A stretch of DNA of 64,000 bases from Deltaproteobacteria bacterium (lineage in GTDB: Bacteria; Desulfobacterota; Deferrisomatia; Deferrisomatales; BM512), in NCBI GenBank assembly GCA_002869015.1, contig PKTT01000062.1:26257-90256 (forward strand). Reading direction: 5' to 3'. This document shows, piece after piece, positions 52,470-61,700 of this stretch. Within the stretch, counting starts at the first letter, position 1, and every line of letters starts with the position of its first letter. The translations under genes and the position numbers were made by a program. The notes beneath the pieces are model-generated. The model had not been told where the DNA came from and made no database searches. It was given only the letters and a program-made list of their open reading frames with translations.

Positions 52470-52585
52470 CTCTAGTGATAACAACGTTTGCGCAATAGTT
52501 TTTCCTATCCAGACAAGGTTTTTACGCATAAATGCGTCACCGGTGTCGCAGGTCGGCCTTTTATTTTAGAATGCTGTTTTATATT

Positions 52586-52617
52586 GAGAAAAACAGTGCG
52601 ACAGGGTTGTCGCACTG
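52586..52617 (-). terminator. Rho-independent terminator of the outer-membrane channel gene
   Basis: Perfect 10-bp stem CAGTGCGACA-GGGT-TGTCGCACTG, followed on the minus strand by TTTTTCTC. Confidence 0.65.
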
Positions 52618-52722
52618 CCATTTTGGGCAAAAAAAGAGCGCCGACAAGGACGGAAGACTATCCCTGTCGACGCTCCTGGCCAAAAACCACTATGTATTTA
52701 TGGCCCGCAGCTAATTAGTTTT

Positions 52723-53673
52723 TTAGAACGCTACTATGGCCTTAAGCCATGTCTGGCTACCTTCAGGCATATTCTCGGCGCCATATTCCTGCATATGCTT
52801 TAACACTACCGAGTAGCGCCCCTTATTGGGCCACCACTTGATAGCAGGGCCTATGCCGGCGATTTTGCACTTGGAGTCGTCAAGCTCCTGGCCCTCAAAC
52901 TCGTCGTCAGTTACCTGCTCATAGTAAAAGCCGTTGACGCCAAATTCCCAGTCGCCGTACATGTAGCCGATCGCGTAGTCGAAATGGAACTCATCGCCCG
53001 GATCTAGGGTGCCCTTCTCGCCGCCCATGACGTAGTCGTCGTTGTCAGTGTTGATGTCATACATAAGCTTTAAAGAGAAGTCCCAATTGCCGGCCAGGTA
53101 GGTCATTGCGACTACAGGCTCAAAGGTCCAGTGGTTGCGGCTGAGAAGCTGCGTTGACGGGTCATCCTCGTCATAATTTCCGGTTGGAACGTAGGTGTCG
53201 ACTGTCGCTACAAGATGAAACTGGGGGCTGAAATGCCAACCCAGGATAAATGGGCTGATTATGATATCCCCGAGTCCGGCTGAGTCTTCATTGACCAGGG
53301 TGTCACCGCCGGCCTTGACCTCGACATCGGCGCTATAGAGGGGCACAAAGATGTGCGCCGCCCATGAGGCGCCAAGGATCTCCTTGTCGCTGACGTAGAT
53401 GAAACGTGGAACCTCAGCGATTACGCCTGCGTCGAAATCGACCGGGACCTTGTCGCCATCGGCATCCCTAAGCTCGTCCTTACTAATGTATCCAAGGTAG
53501 TTGATAAAATAATTTCCCGGCGGAGGGAGGATGCCAACGACGAAGTCCTCTGCCCCATTGGGGTAGTGCTGCCCACCTATGGCGAACGCCTGCCCGGAGG
53601 CTATAAATGATACGACAACAAAGATTATTGCTCCCATCGTGGTACTAAAATTAAATGATAATTTTTTCCGCAT
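52723..53673 (-). CDS. Outer-membrane beta-barrel channel of the 'MetA-pathway of phenol degradation' transporter family
   Basis: ORF 52723..54078. Start moved to ATG 53673 (AAGGA RBS, signal peptide MRKKLSFNFSTTMGAIIFVVVSFIASGQAFA). N-terminal HYPNGAEDF...PPPGNY pattern, alternating beta-strand sequence and a C-terminal Phe. Confidence 0.7.
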   Translation of the reverse strand: MRKKLSFNFSTTMGAIIFVVVSFIASGQAFAIGGQHYPNGAEDFVVGILPPPGNYFINYLGYISKDELRDADGDKVPVDFDAGVIAEVPRFIYVSDKEILGASWAAHIFVPLYSADVEVKAGGDTLVNEDSAGLGDIIISPFILGWHFSPQFHLVATVDTYVPTGNYDEDDPSTQLLSRNHWTFEPVVAMTYLAGNWDFSLKLMYDINTDNDDYVMGGEKGTLDPGDEFHFDYAIGYMYGDWEFGVNGFYYEQVTDDEFEGQELDDSKCKIAGIGPAIKWWPNKGRYSVVLKHMQEYGAENMPEGSQTWLKAIVAF

Positions 53674-53765
53674 AACTCTGTCCTTTCGCTTGAAGAGTCT
53701 CGGCCGCAGCGGCCAAAATAATGAATGAAGATATAAATGCTTCTTGCGTATTTGATAATTAGTGA

Positions 53766-53780
53766 GCAAAAAGCAGGCCA
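53766..53780 (-). promoter_or_regulatory. Sigma-54-type promoter candidate for the outer-membrane channel gene (TGGCCT-N5-TTGCT)
   Basis: The minus strand reads TGGCCTgctttTTGCT with correct GG/GC spacing, about 93 nt upstream of ATG 53673. Confidence 0.4.
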
Positions 53781-54147
53781 ACACAGATAAAACATGATTT
53801 TCCGGGGATGTTATCTCTTTTGAATTATGCTTGGAGGGATTTACTGACAAAAACACGTCACTCTTGTCGCATAAAATCATCCGCCCTCCTCTGTGTGCGC
53901 AAAAAAATCCTTCTGCCAGGAAAAAGAAATTCTTAGCCCAGACAAAAAATTTCCAAAAAATAAAAGTAGCTAGCTTAAAAAAAGCGCCAGAGGCTACCTG
54001 CCCATGGCGCAAATTTTTTCGGCGGGAAAATGCTACCGAATTGGTAAAAGTCAAAAACAGCCCGCTAAGACCCATCAATGGTCCATATCAGGTCTTTCGA
54101 CCAGAGAGGATACTTGACATTAGTTCGCGTGCCTTTCCGCTGGCTGG

Positions 54148-55449
54148 CTATGGCGACTTTATCTTTTCAAATGCACTTCCGCCTCCTGATGTTGCGTCAA
54201 ACCCAACCTTTGAGCCCTCAGCGCTACCTGCCGACGACGTATCGATGACATACCCCTCAAGGCCAGTCATCATTACCATGTCTCTTTCAGGGTTAAAACG
54301 GGTTGCAAGGGCCCACGACACCTCACGGGCATCCCGCGGGTTCACATCGTCATCCACAACAGTGAGAACCTTTAAGCGGCGGTCGATACTTAGCGCGTGG
54401 TATATCAGACGGCGCACCTCAGTTGATTTCATACCTGAAACCGAACAAATTGCCTTGAAACCACAAGTTCCGGGCTCCATTTCGAGATCCACAACACCAT
54501 GGAATAGCGCCTGGAGTTGACTAAGGAGCTCCGTGCCCGCAGCAAGGGAGAGCAGATTGTCAACCTCGCGGGTCCACGGGCAGAGGCCGGGGTAGAGAAT
54601 CTCTTCACGGCGGGTTAACAGCCCAATCTCTATAACAGGGCTCACATTCGTGAAGTAATTGCCGCTGTTTTCACCAAAGGGGCCCTCACTTTCACGTATC
54701 CCGGGCAATATCCGTCCCTCCAGGATGACTTCGGCAAAAGCGGGCACTTTGAGATCAACGCTCTTACAGCGGCAAAGCTCCAGAGGAAGCCCCCTTAACG
54801 CGCCGGCAGTTTCAAACTTCTCCGGCCCACCGGGACCGACCTTCACAACGGAGGCCAAAATAGTCGCGGGGTCTGCGCCCAAAATAACCGCCACTTCAAG
54901 CGGGCGTTTTTCACGCTCTGCATTTGCAATAAAATGAGTCATCGGTGGAGTGGCCGCGAGCATTCCCAACCGGTTTGGCCCGTGCACCATCATTCTGTGA
55001 ATGCCCAGCGCACCCTTTGTACCATCAGGGTCTTTAGCTACAACCAACCCTGAAGTTATATAGGGGGCTGCATCACGCTCGTGGTGGGTAAGGATTGGGA
55101 GCTCTTTCAAAAGGTCTATATCCTCGCCAATTACAACCTGCTGCACCGGCGGGGCGCCCTTAAAGTCAACCGGTGGCAGCCCTTGGACCTTTCTCTCTAT
55201 ATACGTCTTTGCCAGATCCTTTTCAGTCGTCTCAAGGGCAACTGCTGCCAACTTACGGCTACCAAAAAGATTACCGGCGATCTTTGCACGGTCATAGCCC
55301 TTTACGTTCTCAAAGAGAACTGCACATCCGGTGTCCTGCGCTTCCCTGAGGAGGGCGGCTACCTCAAATTGCGGGTCTAACGGCTCTTCGACCCTTATGA
55401 GGTCATCATCAATCTTTTGGAGGTACCCGCGTAAATCCCTGTATGACAT
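54148..55449 (-). CDS. UbiD-family decarboxylase/carboxylase, short type (fourth paralog in the window)
   Basis: 433 aa with a UbiD core (GALGIHRMMVHGPNRLG, AEVILEGRILPGIRESEGPFGENSGNY). Confidence 0.85.
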   Translation of the reverse strand: MSYRDLRGYLQKIDDDLIRVEEPLDPQFEVAALLREAQDTGCAVLFENVKGYDRAKIAGNLFGSRKLAAVALETTEKDLAKTYIERKVQGLPPVDFKGAPPVQQVVIGEDIDLLKELPILTHHERDAAPYITSGLVVAKDPDGTKGALGIHRMMVHGPNRLGMLAATPPMTHFIANAEREKRPLEVAVILGADPATILASVVKVGPGGPEKFETAGALRGLPLELCRCKSVDLKVPAFAEVILEGRILPGIRESEGPFGENSGNYFTNVSPVIEIGLLTRREEILYPGLCPWTREVDNLLSLAAGTELLSQLQALFHGVVDLEMEPGTCGFKAICSVSGMKSTEVRRLIYHALSIDRRLKVLTVVDDDVNPRDAREVSWALATRFNPERDMVMMTGLEGYVIDTSSAGSAEGSKVGFDATSGGGSAFEKIKSP

Positions 55450-55553
55450 CTAAAAACCTTTCACCTGAAGCTGTAGAACTCCGGGCTTAAAATCAATTGA
55501 ACCAAATATTTTTTTGTCATCACATTAAGCAGTAAAATAATTCTATGTATAAA

Positions 55554-56153
55554 TCACCCGGCAGAAACTTTAAGAGCAGCCTTTCTTGCCTCAAGCTCAT
55601 CAAGCGCCAATCTTTTACCGGAGGCCGTGAGAAACCAGCCCTTCAGCTCCTCGCTCAGCCTGGTGATATTTTCCTCAACGGAAATTGAAAAACGTTTTGG
55701 GTCTACCTCTTGCGCATCAGCGGAATATCGCCAAAGCTTATCAGCATCTTTAATTACAGCCTCCTCGATGGATTCGGCAAAGGCACCCGAATCGTGCCTG
55801 GAGATGATTTTCACAATTGCCGCTGTCTTTGCTTCGGGATAACCCAAATTCGAGAGTATAAGCTTCGCTATCTTTGCGCCTTCTTCTTCATGCAGGTCCC
55901 TCAGCTCGGGCCTCGTTGCCTTGGGGCCGAAGGCCGATGTTTGCAGATCCTCTGGCACAGCACTCCATCCGGTATCATGCAAAATAACCCCGGGAATTAT
56001 TACTTCTTCATCGCCACCCTCAAGCTTAATTAGCTTAAAAGAAAACTCCAATGCTATCTTGGTGTGTATTTCATTGTGCCTCGTCATCAAATATGGCTGG
56101 GCAACACGGTAAATGTTTTTGTAGATATCTTTAACAAACAAATTGTTATCCAC
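55554..56153 (-). CDS. HD-domain phosphohydrolase (paralog of 33688..34290)
   Basis: 199 aa. H...HD (HTKIALE...GVILHDTGW) and DADKL motifs. Collinear similarity to the other HD protein. Confidence 0.75.
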   Translation of the reverse strand: MDNNLFVKDIYKNIYRVAQPYLMTRHNEIHTKIALEFSFKLIKLEGGDEEVIIPGVILHDTGWSAVPEDLQTSAFGPKATRPELRDLHEEEGAKIAKLILSNLGYPEAKTAAIVKIISRHDSGAFAESIEEAVIKDADKLWRYSADAQEVDPKRFSISVEENITRLSEELKGWFLTASGKRLALDELEARKAALKVSAG

Positions 56154-56319
56154 TTTCTAAATTTTATCTAAACAGCTTTAGCTAAGATATTCGCACCAGA
56201 AATGAACAGGCAACTATGATGGCTTTAATGTGGAGGAAAGGAGGTCATTCTCCTACACAGTTAAAACCACCACAGTTGCCTTTGTTAAACTACTTCAATA
56301 AACGCCGGATGTATATCGG

Positions 56320-56940
56320 TTATTTAAAAAGCGGCGCCCCCAATGGTAAAACAGGCTTCTGGAAGTGTTCGCCAAGCAGAATCGCCGAACCGGCATAAGC
56401 GCAAAAGAAGGCAAACCCTAACTCCAGATACCCGGCAACGTTGGCGAGCTGTAGAGTTATGAAACCATTGGGTCCAATGGGGGCACCCTGCAAGGAGTAA
56501 AGTCCTTCAAGCAAAAAAACCACCCCTACCTCCGCAATACCAAGCAACAAAAACCAGCTTAACCGCCCAAATCCAATAGCTAAAACCATCGTAAGGACTG
56601 CCATGGTAATCCAGAAAAAACCCATGAGTTCAGGCGTAAAGGCTCCTGGTGCAGGGGCCTCGAAAACTTGAATCCAGAGTGTGAGGGCTGCGCCCAACGT
56701 TACAGTGGTACCAAAGAGACAAGAGATGGTGCCAAGCAGGATCTCTTCCCGGCGGTAAGCGATTATGCCACCGACAATTTGAGGAAGAGAGCATGCGACG
56801 AGCACTCCAACCATCAAGGGGGCAGAACTTATCGGGACGAATCCCGCCCTGAAACCTCCCAGGCAAGCAACTAGGACTGCCACCGAGAACATTACCAACG
56901 GCCCACCATTTGCCCAGCTCTGACTACTTCTGTTTTCCAT
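56320..56940 (-). CDS. GPR1/FUN34/YaaH (SatP-like) carboxylate channel family membrane protein
   Basis: 206 aa with six hydrophobic segments. The C-terminus ...AILLGEHFQKPVLPLGAP resembles the E. coli SatP ...AMGEVLNEQFGRTVLPIGE as recalled. Confidence 0.6.
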   Translation of the reverse strand: MENRSSQSWANGGPLVMFSVAVLVACLGGFRAGFVPISSAPLMVGVLVACSLPQIVGGIIAYRREEILLGTISCLFGTTVTLGAALTLWIQVFEAPAPGAFTPELMGFFWITMAVLTMVLAIGFGRLSWFLLLGIAEVGVVFLLEGLYSLQGAPIGPNGFITLQLANVAGYLELGFAFFCAYAGSAILLGEHFQKPVLPLGAPLFK

Positions 56941-57321
56941 AGCTTTTGCCTCCGCTTCTGATTCACCTCTCTTTTAGAGCAATTTCTAAAAGAATGTCGC
57001 TGAATCAAGGTTGTTAAAGCATGGCCGGCAAATAGCGCAAAACCATACTTTAAGTTATGACAGGTATAATTTATTGTTATTGATATTTATTTATTGACAT
57101 CTCTAAATATCTTCATGTTAGCCTTCTATTACTTGGTGAAATTTATTCCCATATTAAACATGACGATGCGTCAACAGTGTCCAACGCTCAAGATATTTAT
57201 TTTTATGGTTTTCATAAATTATTTTATTTTTACAATTTTACTTGCAATTAAAAGCACTTAGCATATCTACACTTGAGTTAAATTATTATTCACCGAAAGA
57301 TTATTCCTACGAACTGGTAAA

Positions 57322-58206
57322 ATGAATTTTCATCAGCTCAAAGTATTTTATGAAGCGGCTAAACTTCTAAGCTTTACTAAAGCGGCAGAAGTCCTTTGCG
57401 TCTCCCAGCCAGCGGTAACCGCCCAGATTCGTGCTCTTGAAGAAGCATCCGGAACTAAATTATTCAACAAAAGAGGGTCGCGATTAACCCTGTCCGAGGC
57501 GGGGGTGATTTTGATTCAATATGCCCACAAAGTATTTGAGCTCGAGTTTGAGATGGAGATGGCATTAGATGACTTTCTAAGCCTTAAGCGCGGTCTGCTA
57601 AGGGTTGCGTCGACAAAAACTTATGCACGGTACGTTATGCCCTCGGTCATCTCAAAATTTCGCGAGCGCTATCCCTCAATCAAGGTTGTCTTAGACGAGG
57701 GAAGCTCACGCTACGTTTGCCGCACACTTTTAGAGATGTTCAATGAAATTGGGGTATTGGGAGTTTCTGGTGAGGTCGAAGGCCTTCAATTTACGCCCTT
57801 TAAAGAGGAAGAGGTATGCCTCTTTGCATCGCCTTGTCATCCCCTTTGCAGAGATGAGCCCATCCACCTTGAAGAGCTGACAGATGAGCTGATTATAATG
57901 CGCGAGGAGGGCTCTACCCTACACTCTATAGTCATGGACTGCTTCAAAAAGAGCGGCCTCTCGCCGACGGTTTTGCTCCAAACAAGCAACTCCGACCTCA
58001 TAAAGGAGATGGTGGCAAAAGGTGAAAGCGTCGCCTTCCTTGTAAAAAGCGCCCTTGAGGAAGAGCTGTCCTCTGGAAAACTCGTACTTATTCCAATTAA
58101 AGATCAAACCATGAAGATAAAGGTGTGTAGCGCAAATCTTTCGGAGGCCAACTTATCACCAGCAGCTCAAGCATTTTTGGAAATTCTACATTTAGAAGCC
58201 AACTGA
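57322..58206 (+). CDS. LysR family transcriptional regulator (paralog of 46093..46992)
   Basis: 294 aa. HTH FHQLKVFYEAAKLLSFTKAAEVLCVSQPAVTAQIRALEEA. Divergent from the SatP-like/HD/UbiD genes across a 380-nt AT-rich spacer. Confidence 0.9.
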   Translation: MNFHQLKVFYEAAKLLSFTKAAEVLCVSQPAVTAQIRALEEASGTKLFNKRGSRLTLSEAGVILIQYAHKVFELEFEMEMALDDFLSLKRGLLRVASTKTYARYVMPSVISKFRERYPSIKVVLDEGSSRYVCRTLLEMFNEIGVLGVSGEVEGLQFTPFKEEEVCLFASPCHPLCRDEPIHLEELTDELIIMREEGSTLHSIVMDCFKKSGLSPTVLLQTSNSDLIKEMVAKGESVAFLVKSALEEELSSGKLVLIPIKDQTMKIKVCSANLSEANLSPAAQAFLEILHLEAN

Positions 58207-58385
58207 CGGAGCCTAACTCCTAACCACCCTAAATCAAAGACTCAGCAAATAGCACCACTGCCCGCACGGAAAAGAATCCAACTTGACGTTACCTTAGCCT
58301 TCCTTTACTGCCGACACACCCTGTGCGTAATGATTAGTTCATGAACTATAATTTAAAAAAGCCAAAGGCAAAAAATAACTGCTTG

Positions 58386-58426
58386 GACAAAATAAAAAAC
58401 GCCTCGGACAAACTGTCCAAGGCGTT
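58386..58426 (-). terminator. Rho-independent terminator immediately 3' of the tRNA-Ala fragment
   Basis: AACGCCT-C-GGACA-AAC-TGTCC-A-AGGCGTT hairpin, followed on the minus strand by GTTTTTTATTTT. Confidence 0.65.
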
Positions 58427-58434
58427 GATTTTAT

Positions 58435-58484
58435 TGGTGGAGCTGATCGGGATCGAACCGACGACCTCTTGAATGCCATTCAAG
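58435..58484 (-). pseudogene. Truncated tRNA-Ala(GGC): 3' 50 nt only (anticodon arm, variable loop, T-arm, acceptor 3' strand, CCA)
   Basis: The minus strand reads CTTGAATGGCATTCAAGAGGTCGTCGGTTCGATCCCGATCAGCTCCACCA, nearly collinear with the 3' half of E. coli tRNA-Ala(GGC) as recalled. No D-arm or 5' acceptor strand lies upstream. Confidence 0.7.
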
Positions 58485-58691
58485 AATGCCAATTGTTATT
58501 TATTAATCTTTTCATTTACTTACAGAAACTATACCTTACTAGCCAAGCAAATAGCCAAGCAAAATCACACCGCCATTTACCTTAAGAGCATGGGTTATCC
58601 ATCCCACCAACCCAACTGAACTAAACTCACCTAACTCAATGATTCTAAATTTTTCTGAGATATGATCTGAAAAAGTTTTTTCATGCCCGTT

Positions 58692-58725
58692 AAAAAAAGG
58701 GGCCCGGCAGATATGCTGCCGGGCC
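58692..58725 (-). terminator. Rho-independent terminator of the giant repeat-protein gene
   Basis: GGCCCGGCAG-ATATG-CTGCCGGGCC hairpin, followed on the minus strand by CCTTTTTTTAAC, 25 nt after the stop at 58750. Confidence 0.65.
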
Positions 58726-58749
58726 ATATTTTAGATATTAGTTGTAATA

Positions 58750-61700
58750 TTAAGGTGTTGAGAGGTCATCTATTGTGTAATAGAGGGTCAAGTAACTATA
58801 TTTGCTGTTGTTACCCTGCCAAATGGTAAAGTCATGAGACTGCTGCCCCAAATCCCATCCAACTACCGAGTTCCAAGTCTCAGATATAGTTAATAATGCG
58901 ATGTCGTCATCGTTAGTCGGCTCACTGTCCCTGTCACTTATACTCAGCTCTAACTCCAGATTTGAGCTTACTGTCTGCCCAACCCAAAAATCTCTCGTCC
59001 ATGAAGGGCTTGGATACCACGAGTTACCGTTCTCCACGTTTACGTCGTCCCACGTATTCACGTAACCCACAGCCAGGTCAGCTTGCACATCGCACCACCC
59101 GAAAAACTCGATGCTGTTATCATCACCCCAAGCATCATCGTTTGCCGTACTTAGATAGACACGGTCCACGGTTATCCTAACCTGGGCAAAGCGGAATGGA
59201 ACCTTTACAAACTCGCAGAAGACTAGCTTCTCATCACCGTAAAAATCAACCTGGACGTAAGCGTAGTAGACGTAGTCAATGTCCGACATGGCCGGGTTGT
59301 CGGTGAAAGTCGTCGCCGTCGGCGCTACTGTTTGGGCAACCCTCGTCCACCCCGATCCGGGACCGGTCCAAGAGGGAAAGTCCGACACATCGGTGGGAGG
59401 CATCGGCGCCGGGGGCACCTCTCCCGCCGATTGTTGGTACCTCAGGAGTACAATATTGGTCACGTTAGCTGGGTCCACGATGCTCCAGGTCAGGTCGACG
59501 TCGTATATCTGAGAGCCTGTGGTATTGTCAACCGAGGTAGTGGCTGCCAGCCCGGTGATCAGGTAATCCGCGTCAGGAATCGTCGGATCTGGGTCAACGT
59601 CATCCTGAAGGAAGTCTAGGTCAGTGTCGAAGTGATAGGGGTCCGCTGCCTCCCTCTCCAAAGTGTCGCTTCTTACGTTGGCGTACTCGAAGTAATCAAA
59701 GAGGCCGTCGCCCTCGGAATCTGCGACGAGGGGGTTGGAGAAGTAGATGAACTTAAGCTCCTGCGGAGTGCCCGCAGGGTAGTCGTAGCGATCCCATCCA
59801 CGTACTTCGTCGAAATCGGAGAGTCCATCCGCATCGGTGTCAGGGTTAAAGGGATCCGTGCCCCAGAGGTACTCCTCACGTTCACCAAGGCCGTCGAGGT
59901 CGGTGTCAGCGCAGTATACCAGGGTTAAGACATCCCCCGCCCGGAGCTTAATCTGGTCGACAGTAAGCCCTTCAAAATCCGCCGAGGTGGAGAATCGCCA
60001 CGCCCCGTCGGTGGGAACGGGATTGCTTGCCCTACCGTCAACCAGTTCCACTGGGTAGTCGGGAGCCGGAACACCGTCAGTGACGGTGAAGGGAGTCGCA
60101 GTGGCGGTGAAGGGTATTTTAAGGAAATGCCCTGCAGTGTCGAAGACCTCGCCCACCGTCACACCGTAGAGGGAAGGGTCGACATAGTAGTCGAGGTTGG
60201 TGGCGACCCTGTAGCTCTCCATGGGCCTGTCAAAGCCGTAGTCGATAGAGACGAGCGCCGTCTTCGCCATTACGTCGGTGAGGTTGTGGTTGAAGGCGCG
60301 ACCCAGCGCGTCGGTGAGCTCGTAGCTCGATGGCTGGACTATGAGACTCCGCGAATCGGAGAGAAGGTCCAGGGTCGTACCTAGGTCAAGCTCTGCTGCG
60401 AAGACCCAGCCCTCTATCCTTTGGCCAGGGCCAAGGGTCGTTTGGGGAAAATCGCCTACACTAACGTCCAGTTCTAGGTTCGCCACCGGGAGGAACTCGC
60501 CCGGCGAGTTCTGCGAAGGTACGAAGGCAGATAGAATTAGGTTGTCAATGGTAAAGGCGATGTCCCCCCGATTCTCCACGTTCAACGTCACCTGTATCAG
60601 TCCACCGGAGTAGTCTTCCTGGTTTGCCCTGGCATTTTCGTACGCCTCGCGGTGTTCGTTTGTTTGCTCGTCGGTCCAGCTGTGGGATACGGAGCCCGTA
60701 ACTGAGCCGCCACTGGGGATATACCCTTCGAATTCGACCTCTACCTCCACCCCGACCTCGGTTGTCTCGGAATGTGTGTCGGAGGACGAGTCCTCAATGG
60801 TGGTACTTGTAGACTCTGTTGTCCCTGTGGTGTAGACGAGTAAGATCTGCGGAGAGCAGCCAAACTCGATCCCAATCTCCGGGAGGTCGGCTATGAGGGG
60901 ATTGAAGCGGTAGTTGTCCTGAAGAGGGTTGAAGCCCAACTCTATGATCTCCCGCCCGTCTGAAAGGCCGTCACCGTCAGTGTCCATGTGAGAGGGCGAT
61001 GTTGAGTAGTGGTTGACCTCCATGAAGTCGGTGAGGCCGTCACCGTCGCTGTCGACGTCAGCGGCGGCGTTTACGCTTATAGAGACCAGCGGGGTAGCGA
61101 CGCCCCCGCGCCCGTCCTCCACCGTCACGGTGAAGTAGTCCGGCCCAACGAAGTCAACATCGGGCTGGTAGGTGAAGGTGCCTTCTCCATGGTTTAAAAT
61201 CGAGCCGCCCTCCAGCGAGGCCAGCGGCGAGTTGAAGAGTAGGACGTCACCGTCACCATCGGTGGCGTAGACCTCGAAGGTTATTGAATCACCCTGCTCG
61301 ATGGAGAGGTTCACGTCGAGGGCCACCGGCACGTCGTTGACCGGAGATACGTAGACCGTAACCTCGCCGATGGCCTGTGCGCCGCCAGCGTCCTGAAGCG
61401 TGTATCCGAAGGTGTCGGTCCCGTAGAAATTTAGCGGCGGCGTATAGGTGACAAGTCCAGTGGCACCGTCCAGGGTCAGCACCGCCCCGGCCTCAGAGAT
61501 AAAGTCGACGTCTACCACACCAAAGATGTCGCCCTCCGGGTCGCTGTCGTTTGCAGCGAGGTTAAGGCCCGCCGCCGGGGTGTCTTCATTGGTTGATACC
61601 ATATCGGGGTTAGCGCTGGGCGCATCGTTCACCGGTGTTACCGTCACAGTGACGGTGGTGGTGGCGAAGCCGAGCCGCCCGTCGGTTATCGTGTAGGTGA

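Noticed and set aside
53674-54078. 135-codon N-terminal extension of the outer-membrane channel ORF given in the ORF track (start at 54078).
   Set aside because: The extension is a low-complexity Phe/Lys-rich translation of an AT-rich intergenic region. A canonical RBS plus signal peptide begins at ATG 53673, and the region carries promoter-like elements.
53831-54520. 229-aa plus-strand ORF spanning the OMP/UbiD intergenic region and the 3' end of the UbiD gene.
   Set aside because: It overlaps the well-supported UbiD CDS in antisense and has no RBS. Its composition is that of translated AT-rich spacer followed by antisense sequence.
58435-58484. Alternative reading of the CAGCTCCACCA-ending fragment as the 3' end of a tmRNA (ssrA) gene.
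   Set aside because: The fragment contains a regular anticodon stem-loop with GGC and a 5-nt variable loop directly before the T-arm, as in tRNA-Ala(GGC). No tmRNA-like pseudoknot, tag-reading-frame or 5' GGGGCTG segment is seen upstream.
58539-58727. 62-aa minus-strand ORF between the giant gene and the tRNA fragment.
   Set aside because: Its 5' end overlaps the strong terminator hairpin of the giant gene (58701-58725). It has no RBS or recognisable features and sits in an AT-rich spacer containing tandem 12-mers.
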